A stretch of DNA of 64,000 nucleotides, taken from sequence record OZ336095.1; one strand, 5' to 3'. The DNA is from a phage. The notes beneath the pieces are model-generated. The model made no database searches. It was not told where the DNA came from and saw only the letters and a list, made by a program, of their open reading frames with translations. Positions 36,772-45,900 of this stretch are shown here, one piece after another. The position numbers and the translations under genes were made by a program. How positions within the stretch are numbered: the first letter of the stretch is position 1; each line of letters opens with the position of its first letter.

Positions 36772-38749
36772 AGGTCGTAAATTGAAAGAGGCTGGTCAGT
36801 TTGTTGGTCATTGTGCATGTCCACGTTGTGGTTCATCAGATGCTGGTTCAATCTATCATCATGACGATGATTCTTATTCAATGACTTGCTTTAGTTGTAA
36901 CAAAGGTTTCCCAGAGTGGGATTTTGATAAAGGACAAATCGTGAGCACTTATTCTACTGGTTCAGACAATAAAAACCGTACTTTCCGTGGAATGGACTTA
37001 GAAGATGTAAAAGAAAACCTAGAAGCAATGGACTTGAAAGACAGGAAGATTCCTGCAAAAGTCCTTGAACGCTTAGGTATCAAGGTTGACATTGACAGTG
37101 ACGGTGAAATTGATGCGCACTTCTATCCAACTTACAAACGTAATGAAGATGGTAAGCTAGAACACGTTGGTTACCGTGTACGTCACCGTTACCCAGAAGA
37201 CCATCCAAAAGAGCACCTACGTGGTAAGCTAAAAGACTTTTCTGGTGGTGTTGGAGACATTAAAGGTGAACTAGCAATGTTCGGTTCATGGATTGCTCCA
37301 GAAGGTGGTAACCGTCTATTCATCTGGGAAGGTGAGATGGAATGTGCGACAGCAATCTATATGACTTCTCTTGCGATTAAGGACAAATCTCGTCGTAAGA
37401 ATTACTGTCACGTATCTGTTCCGTCAGGTGCAAACATTAAGTCTATCAAAGATAACTATCAGTACATTACATCATTTGATGAGATTTACTTGTGCTTTGA
37501 TAATGATGAAGCAGGTGCTAAAGCTACCAAAGAGGCTGCTGGCATTCTCCCTATCGAGAAGGTTCGTTTATTTCAGTATCCAGAGGGTGTAAAAGACCTT
37601 AACGAATGGTGGACAAAGTTCTATAAAGAGAAAGACACAGTTCTTGAAGGGTTTAAGCAGCGTATCTACAATGCACCCCGTTACTGCCCTGCTGGTATCA
37701 AGAACTTCGCAGATGGTTTTGAGGCAATGAAGAATCGTGGTCAGATTCCATTGATTCCTTTCCCAGAATCTTTCGGAGATTTGAACAGGCTGACTTATGG
37801 CGGTTACGGTTTAGGTGAGATTACAACTCTGGCAGCACCATCTTCAGTGGGTAAATCTGCATACACTCGTGAAATGATTTATACTGCTTGGAAGGATACC
37901 GATTACAATATTGGTGTAATTCCTGTAGAAGATACCTATGAAGAGTTGATGGAGATGCTTTGTGCAATCCACCTCAGCAAGCAGATTTCTGAGATTCCTT
38001 ATGACGAACGTGATTGGGATGAATTGAAGGAAGCACATGCAGAGCTATCTAAAGGTCGTCGTATCCACATCGTAGACCATCAAGGTGCAATTGACCAAGA
38101 TAACCTGCTGGAATTTGTTGACTATCTTGTTAACAGTTTAGACTGTAAGATTATTATTCTTGACCCTATTACGTTGGCTCTGTCACGTTCAGATACGGAT
38201 GAAGAGGAAGTTTTGTCTGAACTATTGCGCCGTTGCAAACGCTACCAGTATGCACAGGTGAACGTCTGTCACGTTCGTAAGAGCGCAGGTGGTCAGAAAG
38301 CTAACTCTGAAGGTGGAGACATCTCTGAAGAGGATATTAAAGGTTCAGGTGCGTATTTCCAGATTTCTATGAACAACATTCTGTTAATGCGTAACAAGGT
38401 TGACCCAGACCCTGTTAAGAAAAACTTGACAAAAATCAAGTTAACTAAATGTCGTCGTCACGGTAAGTCAACAGGTATTGCTGGTCATACTTGGTACAAC
38501 CCAGATACAGGACGCCTCATCAAAGCATCTGGTTGTGGAGTTGACATTGATGGTGCAGCAGAAAATATTCGCCAACAGTTTGGTATTGGTGAAGCTGAAG
38601 ACCATTACGATGACTCTTTGCCACATTATGAGGATGAAGTGTTTGACCGTGAAACTGGTGAAGTTTATACTGAAGAACAACGTCAAAGTTCAACAATTCC
38701 ACCTGTATTAAGTGAGGATGCAGATGACTGCCCATTCGAAACTGAGTGA
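36764..38749 (+). CDS. DNA primase/helicase (T7 gp4-like)
   Basis: N-terminal Zn ribbon 'CPRCGSSD...CFSCNKG', TOPRIM-like 'FDNDEAG', helicase Walker A 'APSSVGKSAYT'; ATG 36764 after GAAGAGGTG. Confidence 0.85.
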   Translation: MSKGRKLKEAGQFVGHCACPRCGSSDAGSIYHHDDDSYSMTCFSCNKGFPEWDFDKGQIVSTYSTGSDNKNRTFRGMDLEDVKENLEAMDLKDRKIPAKVLERLGIKVDIDSDGEIDAHFYPTYKRNEDGKLEHVGYRVRHRYPEDHPKEHLRGKLKDFSGGVGDIKGELAMFGSWIAPEGGNRLFIWEGEMECATAIYMTSLAIKDKSRRKNYCHVSVPSGANIKSIKDNYQYITSFDEIYLCFDNDEAGAKATKEAAGILPIEKVRLFQYPEGVKDLNEWWTKFYKEKDTVLEGFKQRIYNAPRYCPAGIKNFADGFEAMKNRGQIPLIPFPESFGDLNRLTYGGYGLGEITTLAAPSSVGKSAYTREMIYTAWKDTDYNIGVIPVEDTYEELMEMLCAIHLSKQISEIPYDERDWDELKEAHAELSKGRRIHIVDHQGAIDQDNLLEFVDYLVNSLDCKIIILDPITLALSRSDTDEEEVLSELLRRCKRYQYAQVNVCHVRKSAGGQKANSEGGDISEEDIKGSGAYFQISMNNILLMRNKVDPDPVKKNLTKIKLTKCRRHGKSTGIAGHTWYNPDTGRLIKASGCGVDIDGAAENIRQQFGIGEAEDHYDDSLPHYEDEVFDRETGEVYTEEQRQSSTIPPVLSEDADDCPFETE

Positions 38750-38817
38750 TAGTTATAAAAGAGAGGGGTTCACACCCTTCTTTGAAGAAAAAAGTTTAAA
38801 TAAATTTCAGGAAGAGT

Positions 38818-38846
38818 GTTTGACAAAGGTTGATAGGTTCTATAGA
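38818..38846 (+). promoter_or_regulatory. sigma70 consensus-like promoter (TTGACA-N17-TAGAAT)
   Basis: hexamers and 17-nt spacer read directly, just downstream of primase stop. Confidence 0.5.
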
Positions 38847-39001
38847 ATGCTCTACATGAAATGTGATGGAGGTGTTGAGGTAGAAGAAAAGTTCCACCAC
38901 AGTATTATCACAGTCACTATTACTATACCTCAGCATAATATTGGTTGGCTGTTTATAATGAAAGAAAATGTGTTTGAATATCAAGTATATCGGAGAATAT
39001 C

Positions 39002-39151
39002 ATGAAACACTCTAAAGCATTTGAAAAAGTTTTTGGGGATTCCTTAAAAGCCACTGCTGGAAAACCAGCAAAATACTATGAAGAAAAACGTGTAAGAACT
39101 GGAAAAACTGCACGTAAAGCAGCTTCTAAAGATAAGCACAACTTCCAGTAA
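39002..39151 (+). CDS. small basic protein (49 aa; not in ORF track)
   Basis: ATG with GGAG RBS 8 nt upstream; reads MKHSKAFEKVFGDSLKATAGKPAKYYEEKRVRTGKTARKAASKDKHNFQ; lies between two consensus promoters. Confidence 0.3.
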   Translation: MKHSKAFEKVFGDSLKATAGKPAKYYEEKRVRTGKTARKAASKDKHNFQ

Positions 39152-39165
39152 TTAGTAATTAGTAT

Positions 39166-39194
39166 TTGACAATAGAGTATCAACAAACTAGAAT
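39166..39194 (+). promoter_or_regulatory. sigma70 consensus-like promoter (TTGACA-N17-TAGAAT)
   Basis: identical architecture to 38818 promoter; 37 nt upstream of SSB-like gene. Confidence 0.5.
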
Positions 39195-39230
39195 TAGTAC
39201 TCTTCATAAATTGAGATAGAGGTTTAAATA

Positions 39231-40088
39231 ATGTCTAAAGTTGTTAAAATGAAAGCTCCGGTAGAGAAGTACAACGGTACTGAACGCCAAACTCTGCGTT
39301 ACCTGCTGAAAGATGTCTGGTTTTATTACCTGAACACTTCACCACGTCCGGGAAAAGGTAAATCTATTGATAAGAAATTCCCAGGAAAAGACTGTAACTA
39401 CAGCGTATCAATTCTGGCAGAAGACGGTAACAAACTGTTTAAAGAGTTTACTAAGTCTAAGAAAAATCCAGAAGGCTGGGATAAAGTCACTACTGAAGCA
39501 GTTGATGCAGACGACTTCGAAGAGAAGTTTGGTTGTAAACCACCTTTTGAAGCAGACACTTACTACATCTTGAAAGTAAGTCGTGCAGCAGCTTATAAAG
39601 ATGGTGCTGTATGGACAGCTAAACAGTCATTCCCTGTTATGCTTATTGAAGAAGTAAATGGTAAGCGTGTAGCTGTTAAACAGCCGATGAAGAAAATCAA
39701 AGCTCAAGCATCTGATAAACATGAAGATGATAAGAACTATGATGTAATTCATCCAGATATTGCAGTTGGTAACGGTTCTTTTGGTAGTGTGATTCTTTCT
39801 ACTCACTTCTACACTTTTGAGAATAATGTTCTGACAAAACCTATTCAGGAACAGTTTATCATTGATACTCTTGTACCTTACACTGGTGGTAACGGTGCTA
39901 ACGGCGAACCTGAACTGGATGAAGACGAACTGGCTATGCTTGGTCTTGATGGTGTCGAAGATAACGGTGAAATCACTGAAGAAGACGCAACAGACCACAA
40001 ACCTTCGAATGATTCTGATGATGGTGACGATGAAGACTTGCCAGACCCAGATGACGAAGAAGATGAAGACTTCGATACAGAAGACTAA
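39231..40088 (+). CDS. single-stranded DNA-binding protein-like (acidic C-terminal tail)
   Basis: 285 aa ending in Asp/Glu-rich tail with aromatic residue ('DDEEDEDFDTED'), as in T7 gp2.5-type SSBs; high-expression codon usage. Confidence 0.45.
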   Translation: MSKVVKMKAPVEKYNGTERQTLRYLLKDVWFYYLNTSPRPGKGKSIDKKFPGKDCNYSVSILAEDGNKLFKEFTKSKKNPEGWDKVTTEAVDADDFEEKFGCKPPFEADTYYILKVSRAAAYKDGAVWTAKQSFPVMLIEEVNGKRVAVKQPMKKIKAQASDKHEDDKNYDVIHPDIAVGNGSFGSVILSTHFYTFENNVLTKPIQEQFIIDTLVPYTGGNGANGEPELDEDELAMLGLDGVEDNGEITEEDATDHKPSNDSDDGDDEDLPDPDDEEDEDFDTED

Positions 40089-40104
40089 TCTCTAAAAGTT
40101 ACTT

Positions 40105-40134
40105 TAAAGCCCTGTACTTAGTATGGGGCTTTTT
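40105..40134 (+). terminator. intrinsic terminator
   Basis: AAGCCC ...13 nt... GGGCTT followed by TTTT. Confidence 0.45.
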
Positions 40135-40150
40135 CATATGGAGAGTCACA

Positions 40151-41191
40151 ATGGAGAAGTACACATTAAAAAAACTTCCCGATTCAGTTACACATGTCTT
40201 TATTGACTCTGACAGTATTGCCTATAAAGGTGCTTGTGTAGTTGAGAAAGCAAAATATAAATATGTCAATAAACTCACAGCAGAAGAATCTGAATCATTT
40301 GATAATGCAAAAGATGCTGCAAGATGGTTAGCAGACCAGAGAATCCTTGTGGAAGAGCTTGGCCTGACATTTGATGAAGATGAATGGGAAAGACAGACTT
40401 GGAAAGAAGCTAAGAGTGAGAAAGAAGCTATCATGGCTACTCAACAGGTTCTTCAGGAATGGCTTAAGGTGGTTGGTAAAGAGAGAACTTGGGTAGGTTA
40501 TTTAACAGAGAAAGGTGTGCATAAACATAAAGACATTAAAGGTCTTGAGCACCAATATCAAGGGAACCGTAAAGATGCTGTCACACCAACACACTTAGTT
40601 GCTTGTCGTGAGTATCTTCTGTCAAGACCAGAGTTCAAACTCTTAAAGGGAGGATTCGAAGCCGATTCAATCGTAATTGCTAAAGCTGAAAAGATGGGTA
40701 AGAAGGCTGCTCTTATGAGTATTGACAAAGACCTTCGACAAGCTGAAGGAACTTATTGTATTGATATGACTTATGAAAAATCACCACTAATCTTTATTGC
40801 TGATAATAATGTTGGCGATATCTGGGATTGTCCTATCAAATCAAAACCAAAAGCTGCAAAAACAGTTGGTGTAGGTTTTAAGTTCTTGTGCTATCAGGCT
40901 GTTGCTGGAGATAATGCAGACAACTACTTCGGACTTAAAGGTGCTGGTAAAGTAGCTGTGATGAATGCTTTAGATGGTAAAGAGACCTACAAAGAGTGTC
41001 TTGATGCTATCTATGAACTCTATGCTAAAAAAGACTCTTACACCTATGTATCATGGGATGGACAGACTGTTACAAAGACACCGTTAGAGCTAATGGAACA
41101 GCATTTCTGGATAGCTTATCAAGAAAGAAATCCAAAAGATAATTTCTCTTTTAAGAAATATAATTGGGAGCCGTGTATGAATGAAGATTAA
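40151..41191 (+). CDS. 5'-3' exonuclease / flap nuclease (T7 gp6-like)
   Basis: 'MSIDKDLRQ' and 'AVAGDNADNYFGLKGAG' resemble T7 gene 6 exonuclease 'ISCDKDFKT' / 'IKGDITDGYSGIAGWG'. Confidence 0.5.
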   Translation: MEKYTLKKLPDSVTHVFIDSDSIAYKGACVVEKAKYKYVNKLTAEESESFDNAKDAARWLADQRILVEELGLTFDEDEWERQTWKEAKSEKEAIMATQQVLQEWLKVVGKERTWVGYLTEKGVHKHKDIKGLEHQYQGNRKDAVTPTHLVACREYLLSRPEFKLLKGGFEADSIVIAKAEKMGKKAALMSIDKDLRQAEGTYCIDMTYEKSPLIFIADNNVGDIWDCPIKSKPKAAKTVGVGFKFLCYQAVAGDNADNYFGLKGAGKVAVMNALDGKETYKECLDAIYELYAKKDSYTYVSWDGQTVTKTPLELMEQHFWIAYQERNPKDNFSFKKYNWEPCMNED

Positions 41192-41678
41192 AAGATTTGG
41201 CAATTGCCCCACCTATGGTCATTGGGTATCTTTATGTGGGGAAGTTGACCCCACTAAACATTTTGGTTTTGTCTATTTAGTACACTGTAAGAAGACTGGA
41301 CAATATTATATCGGAAAGAAACAGCTTAATAGTGTGACCAAAAGAAAAGTTGCTGGCAAGACTCGGAAGAAGGTAGTCACTAAGGAGAGTGATTGGATGA
41401 CTTACGAGACTTCTTCTGAGTATATTAAAAAAGATATTGAGAGCTTTGGAAAAGAATTTTTTGACTTTTACATTATCCAAACCTACTACACGAAAGGTGG
41501 TCTAGTTTATGGCGAAGCAAACCTTCAACATAAATTCGATGTAATGACAAAAAGGATTGACTCTAAGCTCAGACTCTTCTACAATGCCAATATTGCAGCA
41601 ATTAAGTTTATCACTAAAGAAACTTATGAAGATGCTGAAAAAAGAATCCATAAGGTAATGAAAGCAAATTGTGCTTGA
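41181..41678 (+). CDS. GIY-YIG domain nuclease (free-standing homing endonuclease-like)
   Basis: N-terminal 'GFVYLVHCKKTGQYYIGKK' fits the GIY-x(9-11)-YIG pattern; 165 aa. Confidence 0.5.
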   Translation: MKIKRFGNCPTYGHWVSLCGEVDPTKHFGFVYLVHCKKTGQYYIGKKQLNSVTKRKVAGKTRKKVVTKESDWMTYETSSEYIKKDIESFGKEFFDFYIIQTYYTKGGLVYGEANLQHKFDVMTKRIDSKLRLFYNANIAAIKFITKETYEDAEKRIHKVMKANCA

Positions 41679-41684
41679 TAACTA

Positions 41685-41930
41685 TTGAGAGAGAATAAAA
41701 TGTTTAACAAAAGTAAAGCTGTGAGTCATGTAGCAAAGGTTGACAGCAAGATTGAAGAACTTGAGCGCATTCTTGCAAATGCCAGAGAGTCAATAATTAA
41801 AGAAGTTGAAGCTGTTGAATCTCAAATGCAGCACCTAATGCTTAAACGTCAAGAGTTACGTGAGCATCTGGAATATATTGAAACACGAGAGCTAAAAGTT
41901 AACAGATTTTTAAGGAGTCCGAATGTTTAA
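41685..41930 (+). CDS. hypothetical coiled-coil protein
   Basis: 81-aa ORF, heptad-like E/L/R pattern. Confidence 0.3.
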   Translation: MRENKMFNKSKAVSHVAKVDSKIEELERILANARESIIKEVEAVESQMQHLMLKRQELREHLEYIETRELKVNRFLRSPNV

Positions 41931-42678
41931 CTCAAGAGAATCAGTAAAAAACTGGAATCTTCGTTGTGGAAACACCCAAAAGCAACCTTACAGCAATGAG
42001 TATTGGGAATCTTTGAAATCTCAATCTCTGTGTATGCTTGAGGAAGCAAAAGAGCTTGTAAAAGCAATTGAAGAGAAAGACCCCATTGAGACACTGGATG
42101 CTCAGGCAGATTTGCAATATGTTCTTGATGGTTTGATTTACCTGTCACAACATGACCATAACGGTGCTATGAAAGCTGTTTGTCATAATAATGACCTGAA
42201 GTACACAGATGACTATGAAGAAGCTTTAAAACGTCTTGCAGATATTGAGAAGCGTACTGGTCAAGAGTGTATCATCAGAATGTCAGTAGTTGATGGTAAA
42301 GAGTGGTATGCGATTGTTCGTGCAGCCGATGGTAAGATTATGAAGCAGTCTAATCTTCCTAAAGTGCAGCTTGGTGAATACATTGTAGAACTTGAAAGCC
42401 AAGAACTTTTTGTGGTAGTATCTGAGACATGCGTTATCTGCAAAAGTATTGTAGGTAGCTTAAAGGATTTGGGTGTAGATGGTTTTGTAGAAGTTAATCC
42501 AATTACCTCTAAAGCAGATAAAGATTTCTGTAAAGAGAACGGACTATGGATTGCAGATATTGTCTACTATGATGGTGAGCAGTTCCATGTAACCTCATAC
42601 CCGAAACTGAATTATGATGCTAATAACCTGAAGTGCTGGTTAAAAGGGGTTGGTTATAATGGATTCACAGAACATTAA
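41923..42678 (+). CDS. MazG-like nucleotide pyrophosphohydrolase domain protein
   Basis: N-terminal 'EEAKELVKAIEEKD...DAQADLQYVLDGL' resembles the MazG EExxE...D motif; C-terminal half unknown. Confidence 0.45.
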   Translation: MFNSRESVKNWNLRCGNTQKQPYSNEYWESLKSQSLCMLEEAKELVKAIEEKDPIETLDAQADLQYVLDGLIYLSQHDHNGAMKAVCHNNDLKYTDDYEEALKRLADIEKRTGQECIIRMSVVDGKEWYAIVRAADGKIMKQSNLPKVQLGEYIVELESQELFVVVSETCVICKSIVGSLKDLGVDGFVEVNPITSKADKDFCKENGLWIADIVYYDGEQFHVTSYPKLNYDANNLKCWLKGVGYNGFTEH

Positions 42679-42982
42679 TAAAGAGGGTGTGGCTCAGAAG
42701 AGCCACTTCTCAAACTACAATATTTCTATGACGGTGTTTATGAATGACCCGTTACTAGAAAAATATGGTGAGACTCCAGATACACTTCTGGACAATGAAC
42801 AAGTTTTAAAAGCAGTCCTGTACAAATACGGGATTGATATTGAGAAAGAATATTCTTTTGAAATCTGCCAACACAGAAATACTTTTGGTAAAGTTGTGAT
42901 GGCTCCGCTCTTTATGGGTGTAGAAAGAACTGACTATGGTTGGTTGTATCTAAAAAGAAACTTGGAGAAATACCGTGTCTAA
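42650..42982 (+). CDS. hypothetical protein (start uncertain)
   Basis: 110-aa ORF overlapping upstream gene; alternative ATG at ~42728. Confidence 0.3.
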   Translation: MVIMDSQNINKEGVAQKSHFSNYNISMTVFMNDPLLEKYGETPDTLLDNEQVLKAVLYKYGIDIEKEYSFEICQHRNTFGKVVMAPLFMGVERTDYGWLYLKRNLEKYRV

Positions 42983-43307
42983 AACAAAAAAGCTATCTTA
43001 TGATGACATTATCTCAGGTGCTAAGTTAGGTGTTGATAGTATAGGACAAGACGTTAAGCACGGAGACACAGTTATGTACTGTGATGACCGAAAAGGCAGA
43101 AGTGCAATCTTGTTTGGAAGAGTTGTTTGCAAGATACGAGGTAATTATGTTGTTGAAGACATGAATGTTGATGTCACAAAACAGCTTGAAATTATTATGA
43201 GTAATAATATATCATGGTTCATCAATTGTATGCACACTTCTTCAGTCACAAAAGTAAGTGATAAGTTTTACGACATGTGGCAGAATGAGCAAATTTTCAA
43301 GATTTAA
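42975..43307 (+). CDS. hypothetical protein
   Basis: 110-aa ORF followed by terminator. Confidence 0.3.
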   Translation: MSKTKKLSYDDIISGAKLGVDSIGQDVKHGDTVMYCDDRKGRSAILFGRVVCKIRGNYVVEDMNVDVTKQLEIIMSNNISWFINCMHTSSVTKVSDKFYDMWQNEQIFKI

Positions 43308-43312
43308 ACTAG

Positions 43313-43336
43313 GGAGCCTCTTCGGAGGCTCTTTTC
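43313..43336 (+). terminator. intrinsic terminator (UUCG tetraloop type)
   Basis: GGAGCCTC ttcg GAGGCTC followed by TTTTC. Confidence 0.6.
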
Positions 43337-43352
43337 ATCTGTAGGATTCAAA

Positions 43353-45587
43353 ATGATTAAGACAATTAAAAAATCAAACGGTACAGTAGTAAGCTTTGAC
43401 CCAGAAAGACTGAATAAATGGGCATCATGGGCAGATAAGCGTGGAATTATCTGGTCAGAAGTCACTATGGAAGCCATGAAACGTGTCTATGAAGGCTGCA
43501 CTACAAAAGAGATGCACCAAGCCATGATTGATGTTTGTGTTGATAAACAAACTCAAGAGTACTCAGACATGGCTGGACGGCTACTTCTGGGTATTATCTA
43601 CAAAGAAGCCTTTGGAGGCTTTACTAAGGTTCCTACTCTGGTTACCTTCGTTAAAAATATGGAGAGAGCAGGACTTTGGGAGAAGATGGATTATTCACAG
43701 GAAGAGCTTGAATACCTGCAAGGTTACATCGTGCACTCAAAAGATATCTCTTACGGCTATGCAGTCTTGAAACAGTTCAGAGACAAGTATGGTATCCGTG
43801 ATATTAAAACTGGAAGACTTTTTGAGTCACCTCAATTTATGTTTATGGGTATGGCTATGAAAGCCTTTGAGAAGCAACCAAAGCACCGTAGACTGCAAGA
43901 TGTTATCAAGCTGTACACTTACCTATCTGACCTGAAGATTAACGCTCCTACTCCTTATTTAAACGGTTTAAGAGCAACTAAATCAGGCTATGCGTCATGC
44001 TGTTTGATTAAGGCAAATGATACTGCTGAATCACTTGGTATTGCTGCAAAGGTTGCTTATGATATGACTACAAAGCAAGCTGGTATCGGTATGCTGATGG
44101 AGACTCGCACTATTGGTGATGGTATCCGTCAAAACACCATTGAGCACATGGGTAAGCTACCTTATTATAAGCTTGTACGTTCATCTGTAGAGGCAAATAA
44201 ACAGAAGAGTCGTGGTGGCTCAGCTAATAACTTCTACACTGCTCTAGACCCGCAGATTGAAGATTTACTGCGTTTGAAGCACCCTACAACGGTTCCTTCT
44301 AAACGTATTAATGAGATGGACTACTCATTCGGCACAAACGATTATTTCTGGCAGTGTGTTCAGTATGATACAGATTGGTTGCTATTCTCTTACAAAGATG
44401 CACCAAAACTCTATGACATGTTCTACACAGCATCTGCTGATGAGTTTGCTATGGCAGTTGGTCATGCAGTACATTCAGGTGTTAAGCACAGACGGGTAAA
44501 GGCTCGTGAAATTGCTAAGCTGTTTATCCAGCAGCGTTATGCAACAGGTCGTGTGTATCCTTTCTTCACCAACAATGCAAACACACACACGCCATTTAAA
44601 GAACCATTGAAGATGTCAAATCTTTGTATGGAAATTGTGTTGCCAGTGTACGGATTTGAGAAAGAGACAGACCTTTACAGAGATGATGCTGTGAAAGAGG
44701 ATGGTGAGGTGGCTCTTTGCTTCCTAGCTAGTTTGGTTGCAGGGAGAATTTCAGAAGATGAATACGCTGACGTTGCTTATTATGCTCTTGCAATGGTTGA
44801 CTCCGTTATTGACCTTATGGATTATCCGTATCCGTCGATGCGTAACCATGTTCAGAAGCGTCGTTCTGTTGGGATTGGCCTTACAAATGTGGCTCATTAC
44901 CTTGCGAAGAACTACGTGAACTACTCTTCACGAGCAGGTAAAACGAAACTCCATGAACTGGCAGAGATGCACTCTTACTATCTGCATGAAGCCTCTCTGA
45001 GACTTGCTAAAGAGCGTGGCGTTCCAGAGTACATGAAGTTCACTAAGTATCCTGAAGGTTGGGTTCCTCCAAAGACAGCTAACAAGAAGATTGATGAAAA
45101 GCATGATGCAAAACTACGATATGATTGGGATGACTTAGCACAACGTATCAAAGAAAATGGTGGAATCCGAAACTCTGTATTAGAAGCTTACATGCCTAAT
45201 GAGAGTTCTTCACTAGCAACTAATACGACAAATGGCTTGTACCCAATTCGTGACTTTATTTTAACTAAAAAGTCTGCAACTGGTAACGTGCTGTTTATTG
45301 TTCCAGATTATGAAGAGTTAAAGTATGTATATGAAATTGCTTGGGGTATTGACACCTTTGACCTGATTGATTGTTATGCAATTGTTCAAAAGTTCACTGG
45401 TCAAGCTATCTCTTCAGATTTCTATGTTGACTACGCAAAAGCTAAGAAGGTATCATTGGCTCAAGCTTTGAAGTACATGATTTATGCCAACTCGGTAGGT
45501 ATGAAAACCATGTACTACCTTAACAGTCGCATTGGTGTAGGTAAATCTGCACTGCAAGATGCTTATTGCGAGGGTTGTGGTGTTTAG
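43353..45587 (+). CDS. nrdA: ribonucleotide reductase class Ia large subunit
   Basis: ATP-cone-like N-terminus 'IKKSNGTVVSFDPERLNKW'; active-site 'NLCMEIVLP'; 744 aa. Confidence 0.9.
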   Translation: MIKTIKKSNGTVVSFDPERLNKWASWADKRGIIWSEVTMEAMKRVYEGCTTKEMHQAMIDVCVDKQTQEYSDMAGRLLLGIIYKEAFGGFTKVPTLVTFVKNMERAGLWEKMDYSQEELEYLQGYIVHSKDISYGYAVLKQFRDKYGIRDIKTGRLFESPQFMFMGMAMKAFEKQPKHRRLQDVIKLYTYLSDLKINAPTPYLNGLRATKSGYASCCLIKANDTAESLGIAAKVAYDMTTKQAGIGMLMETRTIGDGIRQNTIEHMGKLPYYKLVRSSVEANKQKSRGGSANNFYTALDPQIEDLLRLKHPTTVPSKRINEMDYSFGTNDYFWQCVQYDTDWLLFSYKDAPKLYDMFYTASADEFAMAVGHAVHSGVKHRRVKAREIAKLFIQQRYATGRVYPFFTNNANTHTPFKEPLKMSNLCMEIVLPVYGFEKETDLYRDDAVKEDGEVALCFLASLVAGRISEDEYADVAYYALAMVDSVIDLMDYPYPSMRNHVQKRRSVGIGLTNVAHYLAKNYVNYSSRAGKTKLHELAEMHSYYLHEASLRLAKERGVPEYMKFTKYPEGWVPPKTANKKIDEKHDAKLRYDWDDLAQRIKENGGIRNSVLEAYMPNESSSLATNTTNGLYPIRDFILTKKSATGNVLFIVPDYEELKYVYEIAWGIDTFDLIDCYAIVQKFTGQAISSDFYVDYAKAKKVSLAQALKYMIYANSVGMKTMYYLNSRIGVGKSALQDAYCEGCGV

Positions 45588-45642
45588 TTTTAACAACTAT
45601 GAGGGTCGTAAAAGACCCTCTAAAAATAACTTTGGAGAGACC

Positions 45643-45900
45643 ATGAAAGATTTAATAGAAAAACATGAGCGGCCTATATACTTGCTCCACAAGCCTCGGA
45701 AAACGATGTACTATGTGAGTAGCACAGATATGATGATAAAACAAAAGGATGACTCATGGGTTGCTGGTATCTCTTACATCTCTATAGCAGATGGTAAAAT
45801 CTACGCAAGACCTTATGAGATGTTTAACAAAGAAAATTGGGAAGTTTTAGACAGAAAACAAGCCTTAGAAATGATAAAGAAAGGAGAAATCACGCTATGA
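45643..45900 (+). CDS. hypothetical small protein between nrdA and nrdB
   Basis: ATG 45643 with GGAGAG RBS (track ORF starts upstream); stop overlaps nrdB ATG (ATGA). Confidence 0.3.
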   Translation: MKDLIEKHERPIYLLHKPRKTMYYVSSTDMMIKQKDDSWVAGISYISIADGKIYARPYEMFNKENWEVLDRKQALEMIKKGEITL

